Made by a program: the position numbers and the translations under genes
Shown here: one piece after another, positions 27,628 to 37,033 of the stretch
Numbering within the stretch: the stretch's first letter is position 1
Layout: every line of letters begins with the position of its first letter
The notes under the pieces: model-generated
What the model was told of the DNA's origin: nothing
Seen by the model: only the letters and a program-made list of their open reading frames with translations
Databases searched by the model: none
Assembly (NCBI GenBank): GCA_965226785.1
Contig: CBDDEC010000004.1
Location: 66,998 to 130,997 of the forward strand
DNA from: Dehalococcoidia bacterium
Lineage (GTDB): Bacteria > Chloroflexota > Dehalococcoidia > UBA2979
Length of the DNA: 64,000 nt
Direction of reading: 5' to 3'

Positions 27628-28097
27628 CCGAGGGGTCAACGACTGCAGCCGGCAAGACCGATTGGCTCGCACACCCGCGGGCGATGGTCGCGCCGCTGTA
27701 CGAGGACCTGGGCTTCGAGATCACCGACGGCGGCGAGGGCTGGCTCGAGATCACGCTGACGATCACCGAGCGCGTCTTGAACAACGACGGCGTGCTGCAC
27801 GGAGGGGTGTGGGCGCTCGTCGCCGACTCCACGATGGGCGGCGCCGTGCGGACGCTGATCGAACAGGACCAGCGTTGCCTGACGGCACAGTCCGACCTGC
27901 GCTGGCTACGCCCGATCGAGGGCGACATCCTGCGCTGCGTCGCCAGGGTGCTCCGTCGAGGGCGCACCGTGACGCATTGCAGCGTGGAGCTCTTTAACGC
28001 GAGCGGTCGCCTGGTGGGCAGCGGCAGTGGCACCTTCGTCGTGGTCGCGCGCGACCGGGCCGAGGCCGCCTCGGACGAGGGCGATACCTCGGCGTAG
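27624..28097 (+). CDS. PaaI-family hotdog-fold thioesterase
   Basis: LNNDGVLHGGVWALVADSTMG...GRTVTHCSVELFNASGRLVGSGSGTF. ATGA overlap with the permease stop. Confidence 0.75.
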   Translation: MTEGSTTAAGKTDWLAHPRAMVAPLYEDLGFEITDGGEGWLEITLTITERVLNNDGVLHGGVWALVADSTMGGAVRTLIEQDQRCLTAQSDLRWLRPIEGDILRCVARVLRRGRTVTHCSVELFNASGRLVGSGSGTFVVVARDRAEAASDEGDTSA

Positions 28098-28102
28098 CGG
28101 CC

Positions 28103-28525
28103 ATGGTGGACGCCCTCGCGAAGGCCGCGGTACCTTCGCTGGGTGGAAAACTCACCCGTGATGCCGCTGGTGACTACTGTCCGGTGCGCGCGACGCTCGC
28201 GCTACTCGGGCAGAAGTGGGTACCGCACATCATCTACGAACTGACGCCGGGCAAGGCGCGGTTCAACGAGCTGGCCGCCGCGGTCGGCGGATGCAATTCG
28301 CGGACCCTGCGCGATCGCCTCAGGGCCCTCGAGCAGCTGGGCATCGTCCACCGCGAGATCATCACGACGACGCCACCCTGGGTGGAGTACGAGCTGACCC
28401 CACGCGGCCAGGAACTCGCCCAAGCGTTCGAATCCCTCGCCAGCTGGGGGCGGACGCACCTCGGCGCGGATGGCCAGCCCTCGCAGGAACTCGAAGCCAC
28501 GGTCACGGCGGCGCTCGGCCGGTGA
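28103..28525 (+). CDS. HxlR family transcriptional regulator
   Basis: CPVRATLALLGQKWVPHIIYEL..ARFNEL...NSRTLRDRLRALEQLGIVHRE...VEYELTPRG. Confidence 0.85.
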   Translation: MVDALAKAAVPSLGGKLTRDAAGDYCPVRATLALLGQKWVPHIIYELTPGKARFNELAAAVGGCNSRTLRDRLRALEQLGIVHREIITTTPPWVEYELTPRGQELAQAFESLASWGRTHLGADGQPSQELEATVTAALGR

Positions 28526-28935
28526 CCGCGCCCCAGCCGATCGACTTCACCACCCTCAAGCGCGGCGACGCGCTGCCACCGTTCGAGATCGTCCTCGGCG
28601 CCGACGAGGTGGCGGCATACCTCGACGCCACAGGCGAAGACCCGTCGCGCTGGTCCGAAGCGGTGCCGCCGCTCGCGCTCGGCGCGTTCACCCTCGCCGG
28701 GCTGATGGAGCGCATCGTGGTGCCGGAGGGCGTCGTCCACACCGGACAGGAGTTCACATTCGATGCAGCGGTTGCGCCCGGCGAAGCCCTCGAGGCTTCG
28801 CTGACCGTCGTCGCGCGGAGCGAGCGGCGGGGCGCGGTGATCAGCGTCGTTGCCTCGGAGCTGCGGTCACGTGGCGAGGTCGTGGGCACGGGCCGCATGA
28901 CCGTGCTCGTCCCGCCGTCCGAGGACGCGGCGTGA
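28522..28935 (+). CDS. MaoC-N/HadA-like hotdog-fold protein (non-catalytic dehydratase subunit type)
   Basis: GTGA overlap with hxlR. The hotdog pattern FEIVLGADEVAAYLDATGED...HTGQEFTF is present but the catalytic D..H motif is not. Confidence 0.55.
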   Translation: MTAPQPIDFTTLKRGDALPPFEIVLGADEVAAYLDATGEDPSRWSEAVPPLALGAFTLAGLMERIVVPEGVVHTGQEFTFDAAVAPGEALEASLTVVARSERRGAVISVVASELRSRGEVVGTGRMTVLVPPSEDAA

Positions 28936-29318
28936 GCGCGCCCGTCGTCGCCTCGGTCACTCGGCTCCTCGACCAGCGTCGTGTGGACCGCTATGCCGAC
29001 GCGGCACACGACTACAACGCGATCCACCGCGAAACGCCGGAGGCGATGGCGAGCCAGTTCGGGCAGCCGATCGCACACGGCATGTTGGTCCTCGCCCTGG
29101 TCTCGGAGGCGATGGCTGGGGCGTTCGGGGAGACCTGGGCGTCCTCGGGGGCGCTCAAGGTGCGCTGGCGCGCCCCGGCACTGACACCGGTCGAGGTGAC
29201 GGTCAGCGCCGACTTCAAGCGCGAGGTGGACTCGCGCCTCGAGTACAACGTGCGCTGTGAGACGCCCGACGGCACGCTGCTGCTCTCCGGGACGGCCAGG
29301 GTCGAGGCGCCTGCGTGA
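28932..29318 (+). CDS. MaoC-like dehydratase (HadB-like catalytic subunit type)
   Basis: GTGA overlap. The hydratase 2 motif YADAAHDYNAIHRETPEAMASQFGQPIAHGML is present. Confidence 0.7.
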   Translation: MSAPVVASVTRLLDQRRVDRYADAAHDYNAIHRETPEAMASQFGQPIAHGMLVLALVSEAMAGAFGETWASSGALKVRWRAPALTPVEVTVSADFKREVDSRLEYNVRCETPDGTLLLSGTARVEAPA

Positions 29319-29842
29319 GCGATCGCGAGGCCAGCCCCGATTCCGGACGCTACTTCGATGAGCGGCTGTACGAGCAGGTCTGCTTCGCCTGCGGGCGACT
29401 GAACAGCATCGGCCTGCACCTCCGTTTCGTGCCCGTCGTCGAGGGCGAGCGCTCCGGTGTCGAGGCGCGCTATGAGCCTCGACCGGAGGACCAGGGGTTC
29501 CCGGGCGTGATGCACGGCGGCATCCTCGTCACGCTGCTCGACGAGGCGATGGCGTGGGCGATGTTCGCGCAGGACAGCACGCTGGGCGTCACCGCGAAGA
29601 TGGAGACACGTTACCGCCGGCAGGTGCCGCCGGATGAGCCGCTGACCGTGCGCGGTTTCGTCACTCGCATACGCGGACGCCGCATCGAGGTGGAGGCGAG
29701 CCTCCATGGCGCCTCGGGAGAACGCCTCGTCGAATCGACGGGGCTCTTCCTCCAGCTCCCCCAGGCCGAGGCCGATCAGCTGCTGGCAGACATTGGCTGG
29801 GCGCAGATCTGGGCCGAGGGCGGACCGGTCCGCGAAGCCTAG
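29315..29842 (+). CDS. PaaI-family thioesterase with an N-terminal CxxC element
   Basis: GTGA overlap. Sequence reads CFACGRLNSIGLHLRF...GVMHGGILVTLLDEAMAW. Confidence 0.7.
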   Translation: MSDREASPDSGRYFDERLYEQVCFACGRLNSIGLHLRFVPVVEGERSGVEARYEPRPEDQGFPGVMHGGILVTLLDEAMAWAMFAQDSTLGVTAKMETRYRRQVPPDEPLTVRGFVTRIRGRRIEVEASLHGASGERLVESTGLFLQLPQAEADQLLADIGWAQIWAEGGPVREA

Positions 29843-29879
29843 CGCCCGCCGCCATCGACTTGCGCCGCACCTCCGAGGC

Positions 29880-31013
29880 CTACCCGACTTCGGCGGCGCC
29901 CTCGACGAGGTCGGGCAGCGGCGTGTACGGCAGCTCGAGCGCTTCGGCGACACGCGGATGCGTGACGTGGCCGCGGTAGATGTTCACGCCCTGCGCCAGC
30001 CCCGGATCCTCGACAATCGCCTGGTCGACGCCTCGGTTCGCAATTCGGAGCACGTAGGACAGCGTCATCCCCGCGAGGGCCTTTGAGGACGTGCGCGGCA
30101 CGGCTCCGGGCATGTTCGGCACCGCGTAGTGGACGACGCCGTCGACGACGTAGGTGGGGTTCGTGTGGTCGGTGACTCTCGTGGTTTCGATGCAGCCGCC
30201 CTGGTCGACGGCGACATCGACGATCACCGACCCAGCGCGCATCGTCGAGACCATCTCGCGCGTGACGACCGTGGGCGCGCGGTCGCCCGCGACGAGGACC
30301 GCGCCGATGAGCAGATCGGCGTCGCGGACAACACGGGCGATCGCATCCGGCGTCGAGAGGGAAGTGTCGACGCGTCCCTGGTAGAGCTCGTCGAGTTCGC
30401 GTAGCTGATCGGCATCGATCGAGAGCACGCTGACGCGCGCGCCCAGGCCGACCGCGATGCGCGCGGCGTTGCGGCCGACGTTGCCCGAGCCAATGATCAC
30501 GACATGCCCCTGGCTGACGCTCGCCAGCCCACCGAGGAGCAGTCCTCGACCGGGGCCGGGGCGTCGGAGGATCTGCGATCCGACCTCGACGGCCATGCGG
30601 CCTGCCACCTCGGACATGGGCTGCAGCAGCGGCAGCGATCCGTTGGGCGCGCGCACGGTCTCGTATGCGATACCGATGCAGCCGCTGTCGAGCATCGCCT
30701 GCGTGACTGCGGGGGCGGCGGCGAGGTGGAGGTAGGTGAAGATCACCTGGTCGGCGCGCAGCTTCGCGAACTCCTCAGGCTGCGGCTCCTTGACCTCGCA
30801 CACGAGCTCGGCCCGTTCGTACACCTCGTTGGGCGTTGCGATGATCTCCGCGCCGGCCCTGGCGTACTCGTGGTCCTCGTAGGAGGAGTCGAGACCGGCA
30901 CCCGCTTCGACGAGGACGGTGTGACCGGCGCGCACGATCTCGACGACGCCCGCAGGGATCAATGCGACGCGGTGCTCTTCTGTCTTGGTCTCGGTGACGG
31001 TACCGACGATCAC
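29880..31013 (-). CDS. ald: Alanine dehydrogenase
   Basis: 377 aa: MIVGTVTETKTEEHRVALIPAGV...VIIGSGNVGRNAARIAVGLGA...YAVPNMPGAVPRTSS. Confidence 0.92.
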   Translation of the reverse strand: MIVGTVTETKTEEHRVALIPAGVVEIVRAGHTVLVEAGAGLDSSYEDHEYARAGAEIIATPNEVYERAELVCEVKEPQPEEFAKLRADQVIFTYLHLAAAPAVTQAMLDSGCIGIAYETVRAPNGSLPLLQPMSEVAGRMAVEVGSQILRRPGPGRGLLLGGLASVSQGHVVIIGSGNVGRNAARIAVGLGARVSVLSIDADQLRELDELYQGRVDTSLSTPDAIARVVRDADLLIGAVLVAGDRAPTVVTREMVSTMRAGSVIVDVAVDQGGCIETTRVTDHTNPTYVVDGVVHYAVPNMPGAVPRTSSKALAGMTLSYVLRIANRGVDQAIVEDPGLAQGVNIYRGHVTHPRVAEALELPYTPLPDLVEGAAEVG

Positions 31014-31918
31014 GCGCCCGGTCCCAGGCGGTCGCCGACGTTCAGCACCTCGTGCGCCGCGATCTTCTTGCCGCCCTCCGCCTGGGCACGACCGATCACG
31101 ATGCTGCCCCCCACGACCGCGATCTCGATCTGGTCGTCGATCGTGGCGACGACGGTGCCTGGACCTTCCGAGGGCGATCCGGGCCGGTAGCTGGAGCCGA
31201 ACAGCTTGACGCTGTCGCCGTTGAGCGTCGCGTGCGCTCCCGGCTGCGGGTCGTTGCCGCGAATGACGTTGTGGACAATGCGACCGTGCTGGTTCCAGTC
31301 GATGCGGGCGTGCTCCGCGTCGGCCGGCGGCTCGTAGGTTGCGCGCTCTTCGTCCTGCACTTCACGCGGCGCTGAGCCCTCGCGCACGAGGCGCGTCCCC
31401 TCGACGAGGGCTTCGATGCCCATCGGGTAGAGCTGGTCGAAGTAGAGCGAGCCGACGCTGTCGTCGGGGCCGATCTCGACATCGCGCTGGAGCAGGATCG
31501 GGCCGGTGTCGATGCCCTCGTCGACCCAGAAGATCGTGAGGCCGGTCCGAGTCTCGCCGGAGAGGATGGCCCAGTTCATCGCAGTACGGCCGCGGTACAG
31601 CGGGAGCAGCGAGGGGTGGTACTGGATCGCGCCGTGCGTGGCGGCGTCGAGCACGTTCTTGCGCACGATGTCTGTCACGAAGGCGAAGACGAGTAGGTCG
31701 GGCTTGAGGTCCAGGAACTGCTGGAACGGCTCATCCTTGCGTAGATCGGGCGTCGGGATGATGGGCAGCTCGGCCTCGGTCGCGGCCTCGAACAGCGGGT
31801 CGGGGCGGGACCGTGCGCGCGGTGTGGAGACGCCGATGACGTTCTCGCCCGCCTCTCGGAGCGCGTCGAAGACGTCCTTGCCGAACGCCGCCTGACCGAC
31901 CACGACGATGCGCATCAC
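31010..31918 (-). CDS. Formyltransferase family protein (Fmt / 10-formyl-THF hydrolase-domain-like)
   Basis: IQYHPSLLPLYRGRTAMNWAIL.GETRTGLTIFWVDEGIDTGPILLQ carries the SLLP and catalytic His/Asp pattern. There is a 4-nt overlap with ald. Confidence 0.75.
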   Translation of the reverse strand: MMRIVVVGQAAFGKDVFDALREAGENVIGVSTPRARSRPDPLFEAATEAELPIIPTPDLRKDEPFQQFLDLKPDLLVFAFVTDIVRKNVLDAATHGAIQYHPSLLPLYRGRTAMNWAILSGETRTGLTIFWVDEGIDTGPILLQRDVEIGPDDSVGSLYFDQLYPMGIEALVEGTRLVREGSAPREVQDEERATYEPPADAEHARIDWNQHGRIVHNVIRGNDPQPGAHATLNGDSVKLFGSSYRPGSPSEGPGTVVATIDDQIEIAVVGGSIVIGRAQAEGGKKIAAHEVLNVGDRLGPGA

Positions 31919-31989
31919 GCCTCCTTACGCGTCCCGCGTCGCCCGTGCGGTGCGGCGCGCCCCAGTATAGGTGCGGCCCCCTCGTGGGG

Positions 31990-32598
31990 TCAGGAACGAG
32001 GCTCGCGCGAGCGATCGGGCGCGGACACTCGGAGTGCTTCGGCGACCCAGGCGTCGATGGCCTTCGGGCCACGCAGGCGCACAAAGTCGATGTGCGACCA
32101 CTGCGGATCCGCCATGCGCGCGAGCATGTCACGGCGCTTCTGACGCGAGTGGCGGGCCGCGAAGGCGATCAGCGACTCGCGCTCGTCCCAGATCTTGAGT
32201 TGCGACCAGAAGCGCTCGCGATTGGTGTCCCAGAGCAGCTCGTCGCGCCGATAGCGCATCCACGACCGGCGAAGGATCCGAGGGATCACGGTGCGCAGAC
32301 CGACGTCGAGCCAGAGCACCTGGTCCGCGATCGGCCAGGAGATGTCGGACTGCGCATTGAAGTAGCCGCCGCACATCACCCATTGCTCCGCCGCGGTTGC
32401 TTCGGCGACGCGGGCGCGGAACTCCTCGCGCGGCGGGTCCGTCCAGCCGGGCTGCCAGTAGAGCGCGTCGAGCTCGATGTGCGGGATGCCGAGGTGCGCG
32501 CCCAAGTGTGCCGCGAGCGTGCTCTTTCCAGCGTTTGTGTTGCCGATGACGACGACCCGCCGCCCGAGGCGCGGCGGGTCGTGGGACGCGTCGGGCAC
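31990..32598 (-). CDS. P-loop NTPase (adenylate-kinase / topology-modulation-like)
   Basis: Walker A is VVVIGNTNAGKSTLA. GTG start with SD ggagg. Confidence 0.6.
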   Translation of the reverse strand: MPDASHDPPRLGRRVVVIGNTNAGKSTLAAHLGAHLGIPHIELDALYWQPGWTDPPREEFRARVAEATAAEQWVMCGGYFNAQSDISWPIADQVLWLDVGLRTVIPRILRRSWMRYRRDELLWDTNRERFWSQLKIWDERESLIAFAARHSRQKRRDMLARMADPQWSHIDFVRLRGPKAIDAWVAEALRVSAPDRSREPRS

Positions 32599-32652
32599 GT
32601 AGACCTCCGGACAGGCGGCGCGGGGTGCTCAGAGCGTAGGCCATCACGCTCG

Positions 32653-32682
32653 TTGACTCGATCGCTGCGCGCCCCGTACCGT
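32653..32682 (+). promoter_or_regulatory. Putative promoter (-35 TTGACT, 18 nt spacer, -10 TACCGT) for the rsgA leader
   Basis: Hexamers read directly from the 269-nt intergenic region. Confidence 0.35.
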
Positions 32683-32735
32683 CGATGGCAGGAATCGGCG
32701 CCCGCCATGCGGGCCGGCCAGGGAGGAGGGGCCTG

Positions 32736-32813
32736 ATGAATGAGAACCAAGAGCGCGCCGTTGTGCGCGTGCATGACCGTTTGTTCGGCGACCTTCTCCG
32801 CCGCGCGCGCTGA
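32736..32813 (+). CDS. 25-codon upstream ORF in the rsgA leader (MNENQERAVVRVHDRLFGDLLRRAR)
   Basis: A strong SD gggaggagg lies 5-6 nt upstream of ATG 32736. The ORF is too short for composition statistics. Confidence 0.3.
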   Translation: MNENQERAVVRVHDRLFGDLLRRAR

Positions 32814-32867
32814 CCCTTACCCGGCCCTCGCAGCGCAGGATGTCGCCCCACCGAGGGGTAGACCTCC

Positions 32868-34010
32868 GTGTCCGAGTCTGAAGCACCGCTCCACGCGTTG
32901 ACTGCCATCGGCTGGTCGGCCTCGTGGGCGGTTGAATATGAACCATGGGCGTCGCCCGGCCGCGCTCCGGGCCGCGTTGTTCGCGTTGACCGGGGTGCGG
33001 TCCTCGTGCTGACCGAGCGCGGGCCCGTGCGGGCCGATCCGCGAGCGTTGCTCGCGACCGCGCGCAGCGCCGAGGACGCGCCGGCTGTCGGCGACTGGGT
33101 GGTGCTGGAGCCCACCGCCGGTGGGCCCACGGTGGCCGCGGTGTTGCCGCGGCGCACTGCGTTCCGGCGTTCTCGCGACGACGAGTTGCAGGTGCTGGCG
33201 AGCAACATTGATGTCGTGTTCATCGTGATCGCGGCCGGGCTGCCGGCTGACGCCTCGTCCAGTGCGCGCCACCGCGCGGCGATCCAGTCCGATGGCCGCG
33301 TGCGCCGTCTCGACCGCGAGTTGACGATGGCCCGCCAGAGCGGCGCCGAGCCGGTGGTCGTGCTGACCAAGGGCGACCTCGTCGACGACGCTGCGCGAGT
33401 GTGCGCGATCGTCGAGGACGCGGCTGCCGGAGTACCGGTGCACCTGACGAGCGCCTTGGAGGGTTCGGGGGTCGATGAGCTGCGGGCGTACCTCGACGCG
33501 CAGCGCACCGTCGTGCTGATCGGCGCCTCCGGCGTTGGCAAATCGACGTTGTCGAACGCGCTGCTCGGCGAAGCGGTGCTGGCGGTTACCTCGACGCGCG
33601 GCACTGACGACCGGGGTCGCCACACGACCGTCGCGAGGCATCTGCTCGCGTTGCCGGGAGGCGGCGCGCTGATCGACTCGCCGGGCATCCGCAGCCTTGG
33701 CCTCTTCGACGCGGACGAGGCGGTGAGCGAGGTATTCGCGGACGTGGCGGAGCTGGCCGCCGGCTGCCGCTTCGCCGATTGCGCACACGAGGGCGAGCCG
33801 GACTGCGCCGTACTCGCGGCGGTCGAGGGCGGTTCGCTCCGCTCCTCGCGGCTGGAGAGCTACCGCAACCTCCAGCGCGAGACGGAGTACCAGGCGCTAC
33901 GCCAGTCGAAGGCGGTGCGCGCCGACCTGAGCCGCAAGCGACGGAGGAACGCCAAGGGGCATCGGCGGCGCTCGCAGGAGCGCGAGCAGCAGCGGCGTCG
34001 CTGGGAGTAG
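32868..34010 (+). CDS. rsgA: Ribosome small-subunit-dependent GTPase A
   Basis: Circularly permuted GTPase: VVLTKGDL (G4), GASGVGKSTL (G1), DSPG (G3) and the Zn knuckle CRFADCAHEGEPDC. Confidence 0.92.
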   Translation: MSESEAPLHALTAIGWSASWAVEYEPWASPGRAPGRVVRVDRGAVLVLTERGPVRADPRALLATARSAEDAPAVGDWVVLEPTAGGPTVAAVLPRRTAFRRSRDDELQVLASNIDVVFIVIAAGLPADASSSARHRAAIQSDGRVRRLDRELTMARQSGAEPVVVLTKGDLVDDAARVCAIVEDAAAGVPVHLTSALEGSGVDELRAYLDAQRTVVLIGASGVGKSTLSNALLGEAVLAVTSTRGTDDRGRHTTVARHLLALPGGGALIDSPGIRSLGLFDADEAVSEVFADVAELAAGCRFADCAHEGEPDCAVLAAVEGGSLRSSRLESYRNLQRETEYQALRQSKAVRADLSRKRRRNAKGHRRRSQEREQQRRRWE

Positions 34011-34029
34011 CGAAGCTCGCCGGCGCGGG

Positions 34030-34335
34030 CTAGAGCGGGATCGTCCTCGGCGGTGCGCCGGCCGGTGGCGGTGGGCCACGCCGCGCGCCGGGCGCGATGT
34101 TGATCGGCCCGCTCGTCTGCGCGGCAGCCGCGGTGGCCTGCTGCTGAGCGGTCTCGGCCTCCTTTTCGCGCTGCAGCAGCAGGTAGCGCTCTGTCATGCA
34201 GCAGGTGACTGGCCGCTCAGCGCCGACGGTGAGGCCGACGTGCCACGAACGCTCGAAGGTGGTGCCGGGCGCGAGCAGGCGCCCGCAGTAGGGGCAGGCG
34301 CTGAGGTCGTGCGGTGATGGTGTTTCGCTGGTCAT
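34030..34335 (-). CDS. Small Cys-containing hypothetical protein (CPYCG ... CC) with a Pro-rich tail
   Basis: ATG 34335. 101 aa: MTSETPSPHDLSACPYCGRLLAPG...PVTCCMTERYLLLQREKEAE... Confidence 0.45.
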   Translation of the reverse strand: MTSETPSPHDLSACPYCGRLLAPGTTFERSWHVGLTVGAERPVTCCMTERYLLLQREKEAETAQQQATAAAAQTSGPINIAPGARRGPPPPAGAPPRTIPL

Positions 34336-34391
34336 GCTCTCAGGGTACGCGAGGGCTGCGCCGACCTCGACGTGTCCTCGCGCGCGACTGG

Positions 34392-35138
34392 CTACATGTA
34401 CTGCCCGCCGTTGAGGCTCATCTGCGCGCCGGTGTAGAAATCGCCCTCGGTACAGAGGAAGCGCACGGTGTTCGCGACCTCTTCGGCGGTGCCGAAGCGG
34501 CCGAGCGGGATCTGGGAGATCAGGTTCTCTTTCACCTCGTCCGGTAGCGCGGCCACCATGTCGGTCTCGACGAAGCCGGGGCAGATCGCGTTGACGGTGA
34601 TCTGGTTGCGGGCGAGCTCCTTGGCGGCCGACTTCGTGAACGCGATCATGCCGGCCTTGGCTGCGGCGTAGTTCGCCTGTCCGAGGTTGCCCATCTGACC
34701 GATGATCGACGCCATGTTGATGATGCGGCCGAAGTTGCGTTCCCGCATCCCACCGACCACCGCGTTCGTGCAGTAGAACATCGACGAGAGGTCCGTCGAG
34801 ATCACCTCGTCCCATTCCTCGGGCGACATCCGGGCGACGGTGCGGTCGCGGTTGATGCCGGCGTTGTTGACCAGGATGTCGACCTTGCCGAACTCCTCTT
34901 CGGCGGCCGCGATCAGGCGCGCCGCGTCCTCGGCGTTGGAAACATCCGCCTGCACGACGATGGCCTTCGCACCGAGAGCTTCGATCTCGTCCTTGCAGGT
35001 GGCCGCGGCCTCTTCGGACCCGTTGTAGTTGACGACGACGGAAGCCCCCTCACGCGCCAGCTCCAGGGCGCAGGCGCGGCCAATGCCCCGGCTCGAGCCC
35101 GTGACCACCGCGACCTGTCCGTCCAGACGACCCGCCAT
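34392..35138 (-). CDS. SDR family 3-oxoacyl-(ACP/CoA) reductase (FabG/PhaB-like)
   Basis: ATG 35138 follows SD gaggagg. Motifs TGSSRGIGRA, NNAG and YAAAKAG are present. The track ORF extends spuriously upstream into the mutase gene. Confidence 0.88.
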   Translation of the reverse strand: MAGRLDGQVAVVTGSSRGIGRACALELAREGASVVVNYNGSEEAAATCKDEIEALGAKAIVVQADVSNAEDAARLIAAAEEEFGKVDILVNNAGINRDRTVARMSPEEWDEVISTDLSSMFYCTNAVVGGMRERNFGRIINMASIIGQMGNLGQANYAAAKAGMIAFTKSAAKELARNQITVNAICPGFVETDMVAALPDEVKENLISQIPLGRFGTAEEVANTVRFLCTEGDFYTGAQMSLNGGQYM

Positions 35139-35289
35139 CAGTTTTCCTCCTCGACGTGCGCGCGCGCAGGCGCGCGTCGCGCCTTCGGCATTCAGTTGCC
35201 CGGAGGTTCTATCAGGCCTCGCGTAGACGCGTATCCCGATCCACGGGACGGAGGCCGTCGAGGGTGGCGCGGGGGGTCGCGCCTGCGGC

Positions 35290-37008
35290 TCAGACCACCG
35301 TTGGCGGGACGTATTCGCCCCACTCGTCGCGAAGCACGCCGCACATCTCGCCGAGGGTGGCGTAGGTGCGGACCGCCTCCATGATCGGCTCCATGAGGTT
35401 GTCGTCGCCTCTAGCGGCCTCGCGCAGGCGGGCGAGGCCGCTGTCGACCGCTCCCTGGTCACGCTCCGCGCGGACGCGGGCGAGACGTTCGAGCTGGGCT
35501 TCGACGACCTGGAGGTTGGGGCGGAAGATCGGAGTGGCGTCCTCGTTCTCGTCGATGTAGTCGTTGACGCCGACCACGATCGTCTCGCCGGACTCGACCG
35601 CCTTCTGGAACTGGACCGAGGCCTCCTGGATCTCCGCCTGCATGTAGCCCTGCTCGATCGATGCGACCGCACCGCCGAGGTCATCGACGCGGTCGAGGAT
35701 GTGTCGCGCTGCCGCCTCGAGGTCGTTGGTCAGCGACTCGACGTAGTAGGAGCCGGCGAGCGGGTCGACCGTTTCGGCGGCGCCCGACTCGTGGGCGATG
35801 ATCTGCTGCGTGCGCAGGGCGATCTGCTGCGCATTCTCGGTCGGGAGTGCCAGCGCCTCGTCGTAACAGGAGAGCGCGAGCGATTGCACGCCGCCGGAGA
35901 TGGCGGCAAGCGCCTGGATGGCGGCGCGGGCGATGTTGTTAAGCGGTTGCTGCGCCGTGAGCGTCGAACCGCCCGTCTGCGTGTGCGTGCGCAGCATCAG
36001 CGCGCGCTCATCGGTGATGCCGAAGCGCTCGCGCAGTTCGCGCGCCCAGAGCCGCCGCAGCGTGCGGAACTTGGCCGCTTCCTCGAAGAAGTGGTTGTGT
36101 GTGTTGAAGATCCACGACACGCGCTGCGCGACCTGGTCGAGATCGGCGCCCTGCCGCTGGCACTCCTCGAGGTAGGCGAAGGCGTTGGCGAATGCGAACG
36201 CGATCTCCTGCGCGGCGGTCGAGCCGGCCTCCCGGATGTGGTACCCGGACACCGAGATCGAGTTGAACCGCGGCGCCTCCTTGGAGCAGAAATTGATTAG
36301 GTTCGCCGCCAGGCGCACCGACTGCTGCGGCGGGAAGATGTAGGTGCCACGGGCGACGTACTCCTTGAGCACGTCGTTTTGCGCTGTGCCCGTCACGACC
36401 GAGCGGCCATGACCCTGTCGTTCTGCGACCGCGAAGTACATCGCCACGAGGATGGCGGCGGGCGCGTTGATCGTCATCGACGTCGAGATCTTGTCGAGCG
36501 GGATGTCGTTGAACAGCGTCTCCATGTCGGCCAACGAGTCGATCGCGACGCCGACCTGACCGACTTCGCCGAGGGCCATCGGGTCGTCCGAGTCGTAGCC
36601 AGTCTGCGTCGGCAGGTCGAAGGCCGTCGAGAGGCCCGTCTGGCCGTTCTCGATCAGGTGGCGGAAGCGCTGGTTCGTGTCCTCGGCGGTGCCGAAGCCG
36701 GCGTACTGGCGCATCGTCCAGAGGCGTCCGCGATACATCGATGGCTGGACGCCGCGGGTGAACGGGTACTCGCCGGGGAAGCCGATGTCGTCCAGGTAGT
36801 CGACGTCCTCGGTGTCGGCGGAGGTATAGAGCCGCTTGGTCTCTGCGGAGGAGGAGGCGAAGCGCTCACGGCGCTCTGGGTAGCGGTCCAGCAGGCGGGC
36901 GAGCGCGCCGGCTTCCCAGGCGGTCTGCGCCTCGGAGACCGAGCGTCCGTTCGGGCTGCGCCCCTCGCCGTCGCCCGCGGTCTCGCCCTGCGTCTTCGGC
37001 TGCTGCAT
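35290..37008 (-). CDS. Acyl-CoA (methylmalonyl-CoA family) mutase large/catalytic subunit, without a B12-binding domain
   Basis: [67 protein letters not shown]. The protein ends after the TIM-barrel/linker region at 572 aa. Confidence 0.88.
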   Translation of the reverse strand: MQQPKTQGETAGDGEGRSPNGRSVSEAQTAWEAGALARLLDRYPERRERFASSSAETKRLYTSADTEDVDYLDDIGFPGEYPFTRGVQPSMYRGRLWTMRQYAGFGTAEDTNQRFRHLIENGQTGLSTAFDLPTQTGYDSDDPMALGEVGQVGVAIDSLADMETLFNDIPLDKISTSMTINAPAAILVAMYFAVAERQGHGRSVVTGTAQNDVLKEYVARGTYIFPPQQSVRLAANLINFCSKEAPRFNSISVSGYHIREAGSTAAQEIAFAFANAFAYLEECQRQGADLDQVAQRVSWIFNTHNHFFEEAAKFRTLRRLWARELRERFGITDERALMLRTHTQTGGSTLTAQQPLNNIARAAIQALAAISGGVQSLALSCYDEALALPTENAQQIALRTQQIIAHESGAAETVDPLAGSYYVESLTNDLEAAARHILDRVDDLGGAVASIEQGYMQAEIQEASVQFQKAVESGETIVVGVNDYIDENEDATPIFRPNLQVVEAQLERLARVRAERDQGAVDSGLARLREAARGDDNLMEPIMEAVRTYATLGEMCGVLRDEWGEYVPPTVV

Positions 37009-37033
37009 CTGCGCGTCCCCTCTTCGGTCGGGG

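Noticed and set aside
32599-32868. An exact 11-mer GTAGACCTCCG occurs at both ends of the rsgA upstream region (32599-32609 and 32858-32868). It looked like terminal direct repeats of an inserted element.
   Set aside because: A rough estimate gives several such local 11-mer matches by chance in 64 kb of biased sequence. Both copies overlap ribosome-binding or start regions. Nothing mobile is encoded between them.
35150-35190. An alternating GCGCGC-rich segment between the mutase and FabG genes, considered as a terminator or attenuator hairpin.
   Set aside because: Many alternative pairings are possible in (GC)n sequence, with no defined loop or U-tract. It cannot be told apart from compositional noise by eye.
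34392-35684. A 430-aa version of the FabG-like ORF, and the 261-aa version of ORF 34030-34815.
   Set aside because: The N-terminal extensions are Ser/Arg/Thr-rich shadows overlapping the mutase and FabG genes. Internal ATGs with good SD sequences (35138 and 34335) give proteins of family-typical length.
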